Shown: positions 10,101 through 18,803, counted from the first letter of the stretch. The stretch: DNA of 64,000 nt from Candidatus Iainarchaeum sp. (GCA_016187745.1 JACPJC010000006.1:104005-168004), one strand, 5' to 3'. Notes: generated by a model not told the origin, from the sequence alone. Numbers and translations are program-made.

Positions 10101-10601
10101 TTAAATACTCCCAACCAATATTCGGGATTGAAATACACGCATGAAACAGGCTGCTTTGATGAGGGGCCGAAAATTTCAAGGTATGTGCAGCTTGAAACAA
10201 TGGCTGAAAAGCTGAATTCGCAGGCTGAACTGCAGCAGAAAATTTGCGCAATAGAGCACAAGGACGCGCTGGAAAGGGTAATGGCGTCGCACTTCCTTCC
10301 GGATTTAATTGGAAACACGCGCGCGTTCTCGAGGCAGAATTTCAGATGCACAAAATGCAATACGCGCTACCGCAGGATTCCCTTAGTGGGGCACTGCACA
10401 AAGTGCGGGGGGAATATAATACTTACAATTGCAGAAGGATCGGCGCGCAAATATCTGGAGATAGCAAAGGCATTCATTGTGAAGTATGCGCTTTCCCCCT
10501 ACATAAAGCAGAGGGTTGACCTCATAGAGAGGGAGATGAATTCTGTGTTCCAGAGCGAGGGCGCAGTGGCAAAGCAGAAAAGCTTGGCAGAGTTTGTTTA
10601 A
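7149..10601 (+). CDS. polC: DNA polymerase D large subunit DP2, intein-free
   Basis: YAGPIRAAGGT, GGFRLRYG, GARMGRPE, LAPHTSA, DGD catalytic motif, Zn fingers, C-terminal PIP-like QKSLAEF. Confidence 0.97.
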   Translation: MQSMNILAGEGIRNYYQKIAERVDAQFSLAKSARAKNYDVCASVESLPAVDLADRAETIIGPKGVAARYRELYAKHNNRELAIFDIFRDIISGKLGNIQGNEKRVEQAIKTSLCLITEGVVVAPIDGLPYVRISKNPDGSEYVDVYYAGPIRAAGGTAQVLPLILGDYARALLSLDRYKPTEAEVERYVEEVKLYSTLYTRQYPISEEEIRTIVRGCPVCINGEPTEKLEVSVFRDLQRIPSNRIRGGACLVISDGIALKAMAILNYAKMLQLDWSWLEKIIKVKKSGEKESGLQPSKKYLEGIAAGRPILAYPLRSGGFRLRYGKSRNNGIMGKCIHPATMAVLDEFIAVGTQMKIERPGKSAGIFPCDSIEGPIVKLKDGSVVQLHTYGKAKEIANDVEKILFLGDMLVTYGDFKKSAHPLVPAGYCGEWWLQEVKKALGENKNADAAEFAKIMKSPFDADYETATKVSEKLNVPLHPHYIHYYSALQKPEMLELIDAIRAAEISEPDGRISGIKIENSPKTKEYLERIGLPHRLGEGKIIIEREFAPALLGTFGFYSKKVPEGENALEVLNSISDFAIRDKGGTFIGARMGRPESAKPRVMVGNPHVLFPVGLYGGATRSLNKAMDSEEDSAEHKYRSREAKMLGEIEVEIAYHKCPNCGKILPSSICSQCRCGTKKITLCEKCGTECFDALCRNCRGAANSRGMKKINIDELMRSAALNLGTGIPETVKGVKGVINDDKFVEPLEKGILRARHELHVFRDATIRFDLLNAPLTHFKPGEIELGVEEAKRLGYAKDVDGNELVSPEQMLELFPQDIIINESAAEFFIRASKFIDDLLEDFYGLERYYRANSKQDLIGELVLGLAPHTSAAIVGRIIGYTKARVCFAHPFFHLTKRRNIDGDQDSILLLMDALLNFSQKYLPSTRGARMDAPLVFTIALKPSEIDNEAFDMEVCGEYPLELYERAQRLEPANLEGIERVMHRLNTPNQYSGLKYTHETGCFDEGPKISRYVQLETMAEKLNSQAELQQKICAIEHKDALERVMASHFLPDLIGNTRAFSRQNFRCTKCNTRYRRIPLVGHCTKCGGNIILTIAEGSARKYLEIAKAFIVKYALSPYIKQRVDLIEREMNSVFQSEGAVAKQKSLAEFV

Positions 10602-10607
10602 TCCTAA

Positions 10608-11000
10608 TTATTTTCCGAAAATAATCCAGAGCATTGCAACCAGAACAAGAACCAGAAATAAAATCAGCACTTTGGGCCTTTTCAGGAGCAGTCTGAAAAA
10701 CCATTTTATTATTCCTGAAATCAGAAGCAGAATTGAGAGAATTATCCCGAAAAAATATTTTATCCAATTTATGGGATTTTTCAGCTCGTTGAAAAGCTCA
10801 GAGGATGCGCCCTTCCATGTCGGCTTTTGCGCTTTTCCGGCGGAAGGCTGAATTCCCTGCTCCGTTTCCTGAATTTCAGCGCCTTCGGATTCCCCGGTTT
10901 CTTCCTCAGAAATTTCCTCCGGCTCTTCCGATGGCTCTTCTATTTCCTCAACTTCTTTATCGGCAGAATTAGGGGAGGCTTGAAGCGCTTCTTTAGGCAT
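10608..11000 (-). CDS. Hypothetical membrane protein (acidic disordered N-terminus, C-terminal TM helices)
   Basis: Glu-rich first 50 aa and two hydrophobic segments. Co-oriented downstream of sepF. Confidence 0.7.
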   Translation of the reverse strand: MPKEALQASPNSADKEVEEIEEPSEEPEEISEEETGESEGAEIQETEQGIQPSAGKAQKPTWKGASSELFNELKNPINWIKYFFGIILSILLLISGIIKWFFRLLLKRPKVLILFLVLVLVAMLWIIFGK

Positions 11001-11057
11001 TTTCCCTTTTTCTTTTGGGATAACTTAACACTTTTCTTTTTTATAAAAAGAAAAGGG

Positions 11058-11417
11058 TTAGGCTTCCTTTCTTTTTACAATCTTTACCCTTGAGGGCGTT
11101 ACTAACACGCGATCGCTTGAGACCCTTGCCATGTCGCCGTCTATGCCCTGAACCTCATTGCGGATTGTGCTTATCAGTTCGCGCAATTTCATCGCGTTTC
11201 TCTTGCTCAAATCAGCGATATTCAGCAGCACTATGTTGCCCTTCTTCACTTCTTCAACAACAGTCTGCGCATCTGTATCGCGCTGAAGCGAATAAGGCTT
11301 CACATATGCGTCCGCGTCCTCATACATGCTCTCTTCTTCAACATCAAGGTTGTTGAGGAATTCCTCTATGTCAACAGCCTCTGACTTTCTGCCTATCTTA
11401 TCCAAAAAACCCATCAT
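11058..11417 (-). CDS. sepF: Cell division protein SepF
   Basis: Amphipathic MGFLDKI, GNIVLLNI, GIDGDMARV, VLVTP. SD AGGGGTGA upstream. Confidence 0.88.
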   Translation of the reverse strand: MMGFLDKIGRKSEAVDIEEFLNNLDVEEESMYEDADAYVKPYSLQRDTDAQTVVEEVKKGNIVLLNIADLSKRNAMKLRELISTIRNEVQGIDGDMARVSSDRVLVTPSRVKIVKRKEA

Positions 11418-11499
11418 ATCACCCCTTAGTGAAAAGATAATTTCTGCTAATATATTACGCAAGCATATATTTTAATGCTATTGTTTGGGTTAGTTTAGT

Positions 11500-12075
11500 A
11501 TGATGAAGGGCTTTTTTAATAGAATTTGGGCAAGGAAATTTCTTAGGCCCGGCAGGCAGAGCGGAAATATTGAATTTATAAAGCAGCGCGCCTCGCAATT
11601 CAGCGGCAGCAATATTGAAACCGTCGGGCAGATTCTTGGTTTTGTTAAGAAGATGGGGGAAGGGCAGCCCGGAGCAAGAAACGAAATGTCTGTTGATGCA
11701 AGGAGACGGGCTAATGTAGAGCATATATTGAGGAAAAATGAAATAGGTGGCTGTGGTGATGCTGCTGTTATTTTTGCTCAATTGGCAAGGGCAAAAGGCA
11801 TTCCTGTAAGGCTTGTTGATGCTGTAATGAAAGGTTATGATGGTAGAGGCGATTTTAGGGGGCATGTTTTTGCTGATGTTTTTATAAATGATAAATGGAT
11901 AACTGTTGAGCCAGTTGCAGGGCGCGTTATTGGAAAAGGATACAACAGAATAGGTAAAGACAGGACAATAATTAGTTACATCCCTTATGCAAAAGGGCTT
12001 GATTTTTCATCAATGGGCACGACAACATTAAAGGCAATAAGGAGAAAATCTTCAAAATTTCTGCAGCCAGGGTAG
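11500..12075 (+). CDS. Transglutaminase-like (papain-fold) protein
   Basis: GGCGDAA (Cys), ARAKGIPVR, GHVF (His), WITVEP (acidic residue). Confidence 0.8.
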   Translation: MMKGFFNRIWARKFLRPGRQSGNIEFIKQRASQFSGSNIETVGQILGFVKKMGEGQPGARNEMSVDARRRANVEHILRKNEIGGCGDAAVIFAQLARAKGIPVRLVDAVMKGYDGRGDFRGHVFADVFINDKWITVEPVAGRVIGKGYNRIGKDRTIISYIPYAKGLDFSSMGTTTLKAIRRKSSKFLQPG

Positions 12076-12142
12076 TTCGGAATCCTAACTCTAAACCCTT
12101 TTATAGTTTGTGCTATGGAATTATATGGGAGTTCTGATTTTC

Positions 12143-13354
12143 TTGGGCGAGAATGTTTTTGAAAAGGAATTTGCAAGGGAGAGCATATTCATTGACAGGG
12201 ATGCGATTTCCCCGCACTATCTGCCGGAAAAACTTCCCTTCAGGGAAAAGCAGATTGAGGAGATAAGCAAGCTTCTGGGTGTGGCATTGCACGGGAAAAG
12301 GCCGGATAATCTGTTTGTTTACGGGCCCACAGGGGTTGGGAAAACCGCAACCGTAAAGCACGTTATGCAGCAGCTGCAGGATTTTGCAAAGGAGAAAAAT
12401 TCAAAAATTATTTCCACTTACATAAACTGCAGGAACCATAATTCCAAGTACCGCGCGATGATAAAGTGCGTGAATGATTTTTATCCCAATAATTATTTTG
12501 TGGGCTATTCCGCATCATTTGTTCATGATAAAGTTCTGGATTTTGTGAGGGGAAATGAAGGCACATTGGTTGTAGTGCTGGATGAAATTGATAAGGTTAA
12601 GGACCTTGATGATTTGGTTTATGCGCTTACGCGCGCGAATGATGAATTGCAGAAGGGCGCAATCTCAATAATAGGGATTTCAAACAATTTGATGTTCAAG
12701 GAGCGTTTGGATCCAAGAACAAAAAGCTCCCTTTGCGAGCAGGAGCTTGTTTTTGCTCCATACAATGCCTCTGAGCTGAAGGCAATCCTTGAGCAGAGGA
12801 TTGCAATTGCATTCAAGCCGAATTCTGTGGAGAATTCCGCAATAAATATTGCTGCGGCATTTGCGGCAAAGGAATCCGGGGATGCGCGGACTGCGGTAAT
12901 GCTTCTTCAGAGGGCGGGGGAGCTTGCGGAAAAAAACGGGCTGCAGAAAATAACAGATGAGGAAGTGAAAAAGGCAAAATCAAAAGTGGAGGAGGAAGTA
13001 ATCCTCAATATGGTTTCAGCGCTTCCCGAGCAGGAGCAGCTGGTGCTTTATGCGATTTCCGCGCTTACGCTTAGGAAAAAGGGGATAAGGAAAATTACCG
13101 GAAGCGCGGATGAGGGCGCATTGTATTCGGGGGATGTGTATGAGGAATATGCAACGCTTGCGAAACACTTCAAGGCTGAAGCCGTAACGGCGCGCTGGTA
13201 TAGGGAATACATAAACGAGCTGGAAATGTACGGATTGATTTTAACAACAGCATCGGGCGCGGGAATAAGGGGCAATACAACCCTAATAAAGCTTGGATTC
13301 GACGCGGAAAAAATTAAGCAGGTATTGGAAAAGGAACTGATGCAGGGAAGCTGA
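12143..13354 (+). CDS. cdc6: Orc1/Cdc6 replication initiator
   Basis: YGPTGVGKT, VVLDEID, GDAR, C-terminal wHTH (ELEMYGLI). TTG start inferred. Confidence 0.95.
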   Translation: MGENVFEKEFARESIFIDRDAISPHYLPEKLPFREKQIEEISKLLGVALHGKRPDNLFVYGPTGVGKTATVKHVMQQLQDFAKEKNSKIISTYINCRNHNSKYRAMIKCVNDFYPNNYFVGYSASFVHDKVLDFVRGNEGTLVVVLDEIDKVKDLDDLVYALTRANDELQKGAISIIGISNNLMFKERLDPRTKSSLCEQELVFAPYNASELKAILEQRIAIAFKPNSVENSAINIAAAFAAKESGDARTAVMLLQRAGELAEKNGLQKITDEEVKKAKSKVEEEVILNMVSALPEQEQLVLYAISALTLRKKGIRKITGSADEGALYSGDVYEEYATLAKHFKAEAVTARWYREYINELEMYGLILTTASGAGIRGNTTLIKLGFDAEKIKQVLEKELMQGS

Positions 13355-13358
13355 TTAA

Positions 13359-13706
13359 ATGGGAATAAAAACAGAATATAATCCTGATTTGGCATTAATA
13401 AACATTTCAGAATTTAAGAACGGGAATAGAAAAAGAGAGGAATGCATCCCCGAAAACCTCAAAGCCGGGCAAATCTGTGAGTTTCTTAAAAAGGGCCAGA
13501 GGAATTATTGGATTGAAGGTGAAATTCCTCTTTTAGAAACAAAAGGGAATCAACTACTTTCAAAACCATTAGCGAGCGTCATAATTCTTGAAGCGACACA
13601 TTTTATGTTAAATGGCGAACCTTGGACAAAGGGAAAATATAAAATTGTTGAGGCCTTTGACCCTAAAGAGCCCAAGATTCATTTCAACGGATTTGCCAGA
13701 GCATAG
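13359..13706 (+). CDS. Hypothetical protein
   Basis: 115-aa ORF 4 nt after cdc6 with protein-like composition; no motif recognised. Confidence 0.65.
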   Translation: MGIKTEYNPDLALINISEFKNGNRKREECIPENLKAGQICEFLKKGQRNYWIEGEIPLLETKGNQLLSKPLASVIILEATHFMLNGEPWTKGKYKIVEAFDPKEPKIHFNGFARA

Positions 13707-13734
13707 ATTAAGGCTTTTGCAAAATTTTTCAAAA

Positions 13735-15930
13735 TTAAAATTCTTTTAGTGCCTTCTGCTCCATTGATGTTTCTTTTTCATCCCTGTGTTTTTTGAATTC
13801 TTCCGGGATCTGCGCTTCCTGGCCCAGCTGCTCCTTTACTTTTGCCGCAACCGCGCTCCCGAGGATGCGCGCAATGCTCTCAAATGGCGCGCCCTTCAAA
13901 TCCCCAATTCCCTTTATGTTGTTTGAGAACAATCTGCGCGCCCTTACTCTCCCAATATGGCGCACTTCGCACAACGCAATCAGCTCTTCCTTAATTCCGG
14001 CTTCCATGCGCTTTCTTAGTTTCTGCAGATTTGGGAAATGCTGCTCAGTTTGCAATAATTTTGCGAGCTCCAATGCGCTGTAGAGCAGCCAGTCCGCAAT
14101 GCGCAGCTTTGAGTGCAGTATCCCTGGTTGAATGTTGTAGGATTTCGTAAGGCTCTGCTCGGAAATTTCATCAATCCAGTCCTGCAGGAGAAGGGAAGTG
14201 GAGAATTTTTTTAGGATATCAGGGTCCTGGTATTGTTCCTTATCAAAATCCACTGGCAAATGTGCTTTTTGCTCTTCTGCAAGCTCGTATAATTCAGCCT
14301 GCTTTTCCTTCTGTGCGGAAATCAGCGGAGCGAACTCGGAAGTGTTTGCAAGCGCGTAAAGATAGAACAATTCTCCGTATTTTTTCCTTTGCTGCTGCAG
14401 CGCAAGAATGATTTTATATGCGGAGATTGGGTCCAAGTACAGTTCGCTTACGCGCCTTCCCAGTTTTGTTGGTTTTATGCTTTTTGCATCGCTTTCAACG
14501 AATCCAATTTCCTGCAGCTCTGAAATTATTTCCTGGATTTTTACGAACAGTTCTGAAAGGTTTTTGTACTGGTGCGCATAAAAGGTTCTTGAGAAGAATT
14601 TTTCCATTGAATCAAGGTCAAAAATGAAATTGTCTGAAATTGCTGAGAGGACATGCATTCTCAGAAGGGGCGCAATGCCCAGTTTTGAAGTAATATCCTC
14701 AATTTTGCCATTAACATAATTTTCAAACAGCTCATCAACCTCATCCTCGCTCCGCGCAATAAGTATGGATTCCCCGGAAGTGTCGAATTTCGGCCTTCCG
14801 GCGCGGCCCGACATTTGCTTGTAATCCCTTACGGGAATGCGCTGCTGGCCGTAGGTTTCTTCATAGCGGTAAAGGCTTGGAATAATTACGCGGAATGCAG
14901 GCATGTTGATTCCTGCGGAAAGTGTTGGCGTGGCAGAAATAATCTTCACACAATTTGCTTTAAACAACTCCTCAATAATCTCGCGCTGTTTCTGCAATAA
15001 TCCCGCGTGGTGGAATGCAATTCCCTTCTCAATAAGCGAGGCAAGAAGATTGCACTGCTCAGTGGGCATTTCAAGCACATTAAGCGCTTCGTTTGCCTTT
15101 CTCCTCAAATGGGCTTTTTCCCTTTCAATCAGCATCTTCTCGGTAAGCGGGGCAAGGCTTTTTGCAATTGATTCCGCGCGCTTGCGCGTGTTTGCGAAAA
15201 TAAGCGCCTGCTTGTTTTTCAGCTCAAGCGTATTTTTCACAATTGAATGCAGCGGCTCCTTGTAGCTGTCAATTGTTTCCTTCTGCTTTTTCTTTTCGTC
15301 AAAAATAATTTCCTCATTGAAGTAAATGCCCTCGCGCAGCTTAACAGGCCGGAAATCGCTTTCTACAAGCTTTGCATTGAGCCATTTGGAAATTTCCTTT
15401 GCATTTGGGATTGTGGCGGAAAGCGCAAGCAATTGCAGTTTCGGATTCAGGGAAAGCATTTTTGTTATCAGCACTTCCAATGTTGCGCCCCTGTTGGAAT
15501 CAAGCTCGTGGATTTCATCAATCATCAGCAGGCCGACAGCGGAGAGCCATTCAGCCCTGTGGCGGATTAATGAATCCAATTTTTCGTAAGTTGTGAAAAT
15601 CAAATCATAATCCTGAAGGTATGAGGCGCTTGAATCAAGGTCGCCCGTAGAAATAGTAATGCGAATGCCCTGCTCTTTTGCATACTTGCGCCTGAAGTCA
15701 TTGTAGTGTTCGGAGGCAAGCGCACGCAAAGGGCAGGTGTAAATGACCTTGCGCCTGCTGTTCATTATTGAGTGCAGGGCGCAGAGTTCCGCAATTATTG
15801 TTTTTCCGCTTGCGGTTGGCGAGGAAATTATCAAATTGCCTTCAAATGGGTTTGCCTTCAGCGCGGCAAGCTGCATGGGATTGAATTCCGGAAAGGAATT
15901 TGCTTGCAGAACTGCTTGAGAAATGTCCAT
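13735..15930 (-). CDS. hel308: Hel308/Hjm Ski2-like DNA helicase
   Basis: PTASGKT, DEIH, LSAT, FHHAGL, QMSGRAGRP, HIGRVRARRLF. Confidence 0.93.
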   Translation of the reverse strand: MDISQAVLQANSFPEFNPMQLAALKANPFEGNLIISSPTASGKTIIAELCALHSIMNSRRKVIYTCPLRALASEHYNDFRRKYAKEQGIRITISTGDLDSSASYLQDYDLIFTTYEKLDSLIRHRAEWLSAVGLLMIDEIHELDSNRGATLEVLITKMLSLNPKLQLLALSATIPNAKEISKWLNAKLVESDFRPVKLREGIYFNEEIIFDEKKKQKETIDSYKEPLHSIVKNTLELKNKQALIFANTRKRAESIAKSLAPLTEKMLIEREKAHLRRKANEALNVLEMPTEQCNLLASLIEKGIAFHHAGLLQKQREIIEELFKANCVKIISATPTLSAGINMPAFRVIIPSLYRYEETYGQQRIPVRDYKQMSGRAGRPKFDTSGESILIARSEDEVDELFENYVNGKIEDITSKLGIAPLLRMHVLSAISDNFIFDLDSMEKFFSRTFYAHQYKNLSELFVKIQEIISELQEIGFVESDAKSIKPTKLGRRVSELYLDPISAYKIILALQQQRKKYGELFYLYALANTSEFAPLISAQKEKQAELYELAEEQKAHLPVDFDKEQYQDPDILKKFSTSLLLQDWIDEISEQSLTKSYNIQPGILHSKLRIADWLLYSALELAKLLQTEQHFPNLQKLRKRMEAGIKEELIALCEVRHIGRVRARRLFSNNIKGIGDLKGAPFESIARILGSAVAAKVKEQLGQEAQIPEEFKKHRDEKETSMEQKALKEF

Positions 15931-15996
15931 TAAAGACTTTGGCTGAAGAGCCTTTTAAATGATTTCGGGGGCGGATTGCCGCTGAAATTACGGGTT

Positions 15997-16653
15997 TTAC
16001 CTTATGCTCAGGCCCTGGAGGGTTTTGAACATTCTTATGTCCGCGTCAATTTCTGAGAGCTTTTCCTTCAGGCTGCCTAATTTCTTCTTTGAAACCTCAA
16101 TCCTGAAATTCTGCAAATCATCGGAGTATTTTGCGAGCTTCCTGTGCTTTTTGTAAACTACCGAGTGCTGCACTGTTTCCGTAAGCTGCTTGCGGTAATC
16201 AATGTTATTCACAAACATATTCACCATGGGCTTCCAGCGCTTGTCGCTTACAAGGTGCGCAGGGAGCTTTACCGCTTCCGCATCGTTCTTGTAGTCCTTG
16301 CTTGTTGCTGCCTTCAGAAGATGCTTCCAGTAAAGCGGCTCTGAAAGCTTTTTGAAGTGCTGTGTAATTTCATAGGATTTTGCTGAATTCTGCTTTTTCT
16401 TCCAGGAGCCGTGCTGCTTCTGCAGGCTTGATCTCATTTCCTCGAGCTCCTTTATCTGGGAATTTATCCTGCTCCTGCTTGGATATGATAATTTAGGCCA
16501 GTCGTTTTCCCTTTTTTCCGCGATTGAAATTACCCCTCCTTTGGAGAAATAGCGCCTGAAGGCTTCAGCAATCCCGCCCTTGCCGTGCCTTTTCACCATT
16601 TCCGGGAAATTGCTCTCAAAGCTTTCAAATGATGAAATTATCTCATTGGCCAT
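15997..16653 (-). CDS. Hypothetical basic helical/coiled-coil protein
   Basis: 218-aa ORF with SD-like GGGGTTGA upstream; Lys-rich heptads. Confidence 0.7.
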   Translation of the reverse strand: MANEIISSFESFESNFPEMVKRHGKGGIAEAFRRYFSKGGVISIAEKRENDWPKLSYPSRSRINSQIKELEEMRSSLQKQHGSWKKKQNSAKSYEITQHFKKLSEPLYWKHLLKAATSKDYKNDAEAVKLPAHLVSDKRWKPMVNMFVNNIDYRKQLTETVQHSVVYKKHRKLAKYSDDLQNFRIEVSKKKLGSLKEKLSEIDADIRMFKTLQGLSIR

Positions 16654-16682
16654 CTCAACCCCGAATCCTATAAATTAGATTA

Positions 16683-16806
16683 TGTTGGAGGGAGTTTATA
16701 AGATTTTTGAAGGAGAGGAAGGTATCGGAAACCTAAGGTTTCTGATTAAGGGAGGTATCGGAACCGCAGGTTCTGATTGTTGGAGGGAGTTTATAAGATT
16801 TTTGAA
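16683..16806 (+). repeat. 29-bp perfect direct repeats enclosing two related triloop hairpins (hairpin element, site A)
   Basis: TGTTGGAGGGAGTTTATAAGATTTTTGAA at 16683-16711 and 16778-16806. Hairpins ATCGGAAACC-TAA-GGTTTCTGAT (16724-16746) and ATCGGAACC-GCA-GGTTCTGAT (16757-16777). Confidence 0.93.
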
Positions 16807-16813
16807 TTTATAT

Positions 16814-17515
16814 ATGAGCGGAATGTGCGCGATAAAGGCAATCATATTTGACATGACCGACACAATCCTTGAGTTTGATTTTCGGAGGATGCGGGAGGAA
16901 TTCGGGAAAATAATAAAGGGGCATGAGTGCACTAGGCATCTGGCAATTGGGCAGTTCATGGACGCCTATAAAGAGGCATATGACTCATACCAGAGGGGGG
17001 AAATTCAGAACGATAATGCTTTCTGGGAAAAGATGTTTGGACTGCTTAAAGTTAATCCGAAAAAAGGGGAATTCAGGGGCATAATGAGAAGGCATCTGGC
17101 TTCGAGAAGAAAATTCGTAAAATTGCACAGGCACGCGGGGCATATTTTCGGAAGGCTGAAGAAAAAATACAGGCTTGCAATCCTATCGAATGCAGTGAGG
17201 AATTGGGCGGATTATGACTGGAAGTTCCTGAAATTCAATCCGAAAAAATATTTTGATGTGCAGCTCTACTCTCAGGACACACGCCTGCTTAAGCCGGAGA
17301 GAAAGGCTTTTGAACTTGCTCTGCGCAAATTAAATGTAAGCGCAAAGGAGGCGCTTATGGTCGGGGACAACGAAAGCCAGGATATTCTGGGAGGCAATAG
17401 CGCGGGACTTGTTACAGTGTTTCTTGCAAACAAGTACAGGCTTTCCGGGGCGGTAAAGCCGAGGTTTGTGGTCAATTCATTGGAAGAAATTGAAAAAATT
17501 GCGGGGGAAATGTAA
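16814..17515 (+). CDS. HAD-superfamily hydrolase
   Basis: IIFDMTDTI, ILSN, KP, MVGDNESQDILG. Start placed at ATG 16814; the longer ORF-track N-terminus runs through the repeat element. Confidence 0.88.
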   Translation: MSGMCAIKAIIFDMTDTILEFDFRRMREEFGKIIKGHECTRHLAIGQFMDAYKEAYDSYQRGEIQNDNAFWEKMFGLLKVNPKKGEFRGIMRRHLASRRKFVKLHRHAGHIFGRLKKKYRLAILSNAVRNWADYDWKFLKFNPKKYFDVQLYSQDTRLLKPERKAFELALRKLNVSAKEALMVGDNESQDILGGNSAGLVTVFLANKYRLSGAVKPRFVVNSLEEIEKIAGEM

Positions 17516-17889
17516 TGGGCGCGAGGAAATATGTAATTCCAGAACAAATAACTGGCGCTGCACGCAAAAACATAGCTGTCGGCTTGAAGTATGCCAGGCC
17601 GGGGGATTACATTGATAGGCTGGCAATGGCAAAACTGCAGCAGCTTGCAAGGGGCGAGCTTGCAGGAAGGGTTATTGAAAGGCTTGAATCTTATAAAAAG
17701 GAGAATTTAAGCCCAATCAAAAAGCTTGCTGTGCTATTGCGGGTTTTGAAAAAGCTTAAGCGGAAACCGACAGGAATCCAGCAGAAAATGGCGGATGGGA
17801 TTATTGATGAATTTATGATGGACGCATTGCAGAATGCTGAATTGTCAAATGAGGAATTAAGCAGGCTTCTGAGCCAGTGGAGAAGATGA
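17515..17889 (+). CDS. Hypothetical basic helical protein
   Basis: TAATG overlap with the HAD gene; 124 aa. Confidence 0.65.
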   Translation: MGARKYVIPEQITGAARKNIAVGLKYARPGDYIDRLAMAKLQQLARGELAGRVIERLESYKKENLSPIKKLAVLLRVLKKLKRKPTGIQQKMADGIIDEFMMDALQNAELSNEELSRLLSQWRR

Positions 17890-17890
17890 G

Positions 17891-18439
17891 ATGAAAGATA
17901 ATTTTTTGTTGGGGATAATCGGGCCGAGCGATAGCGGGAAAAACGCACAAATTCTTGGACACTCTTTGGAGGGAAGCGCTGCGCAGATTAGGGAAATAGC
18001 GCGCTCCGCTGCTGAAATTGGAATTAAAAGAATTGCAATAGTCCCGCATAAGGGGAGCGCAAGCGAAATGTTTGCAAAGGAATTCGGAAAAAGGGAAAAG
18101 GTAATTGGCGTTGTGCCGCTGCGGGACAGGGAGTTCGGGATTTCATATCTGAATAAGGGGGTTTGCGATGAGATTGTGGATTGCGGAACATGGAGAAATT
18201 CCGCAATTAAAATGAATGAAATATGCGATGCGTTCCTGTGCCTTGGGTTTACCTGCGGCGCGCTGAATGAGGTTGCATTCTCAAAATGGTTCAACAAAAG
18301 CAAAAAGCGCAAGAAGAAAATCCTGGTTTGCGCGTGGCGCATTTCTTCAAAGCTCCCGAAGGAGATTGAAAAGGACGTGGATTTGGTTTATGCGGGGAGC
18401 CTTGCGCAATTGAGGCAAAGGTTAAAAGGACTTGTGTGA
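17891..18439 (+). CDS. SLOG/LOG-like Rossmann-fold nucleotide-binding protein
   Basis: GIIG, VIGVVP and CDAFLCLGFTCGALNE resemble the LOG-family D(A)F...GTLxE pattern. Confidence 0.6.
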   Translation: MKDNFLLGIIGPSDSGKNAQILGHSLEGSAAQIREIARSAAEIGIKRIAIVPHKGSASEMFAKEFGKREKVIGVVPLRDREFGISYLNKGVCDEIVDCGTWRNSAIKMNEICDAFLCLGFTCGALNEVAFSKWFNKSKKRKKKILVCAWRISSKLPKEIEKDVDLVYAGSLAQLRQRLKGLV

Positions 18440-18458
18440 ATTAATTTGGTGTGGAAAC

Positions 18459-18803
18459 ATGATTCCGGGAATTCCAGCAGGGATAAATCCAAAGCAAGTG
18501 GAAATGCTCATGCGCCAGTTCGGCATAAAGACCGAGCAGATAAATGCGAAAAGGGTAATTTTTGAGCTTGAGGATAAAAGGCTTGTCATTGAGAATCCGC
18601 AGGTCAATTCAATCATCGCGCAGGGGCAGAAGATGTACCAAGTTGTAGGGGAAGCGAAGGAAGAGGGAAAAGAGGGGATAAATGAGGGAGATTTGAATCT
18701 GGTTATGGAGCAGAGCGGCGCAGCAAAGGCAAAGGCGGAAAAGGCGCTGAAGGAAGCAAACGGCAACATCGCTGAAGCGATAGTTAAATTGAAGAAGCCA
18801 TAA
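18459..18803 (+). CDS. nac: Nascent polypeptide-associated complex protein
   Basis: NPKQVEMLMRQFGI, IENPQV, YQVVG, UBA-like tail ALKEANGNIAEAI. Confidence 0.93.
   Translation: MIPGIPAGINPKQVEMLMRQFGIKTEQINAKRVIFELEDKRLVIENPQVNSIIAQGQKMYQVVGEAKEEGKEGINEGDLNLVMEQSGAAKAKAEKALKEANGNIAEAIVKLKKP

Noticed and set aside
13735-13761. PIP-like C-terminus of Hel308 (QKALKEF)
   Set aside because: PCNA interaction of Hel308/Hjm is already known, so it is not novel.
16683-16806. CRISPR mini-array (29-bp repeats)
   Set aside because: Only two repeats, the 66-bp 'spacer' is itself repetitive and recurs elsewhere, and no cas genes are present.
16682-16813. 44-aa N-terminal extension of the HAD protein in the ORF track
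   Set aside because: It runs through the repeat element; HAD motif I normally lies within a few residues of the start.
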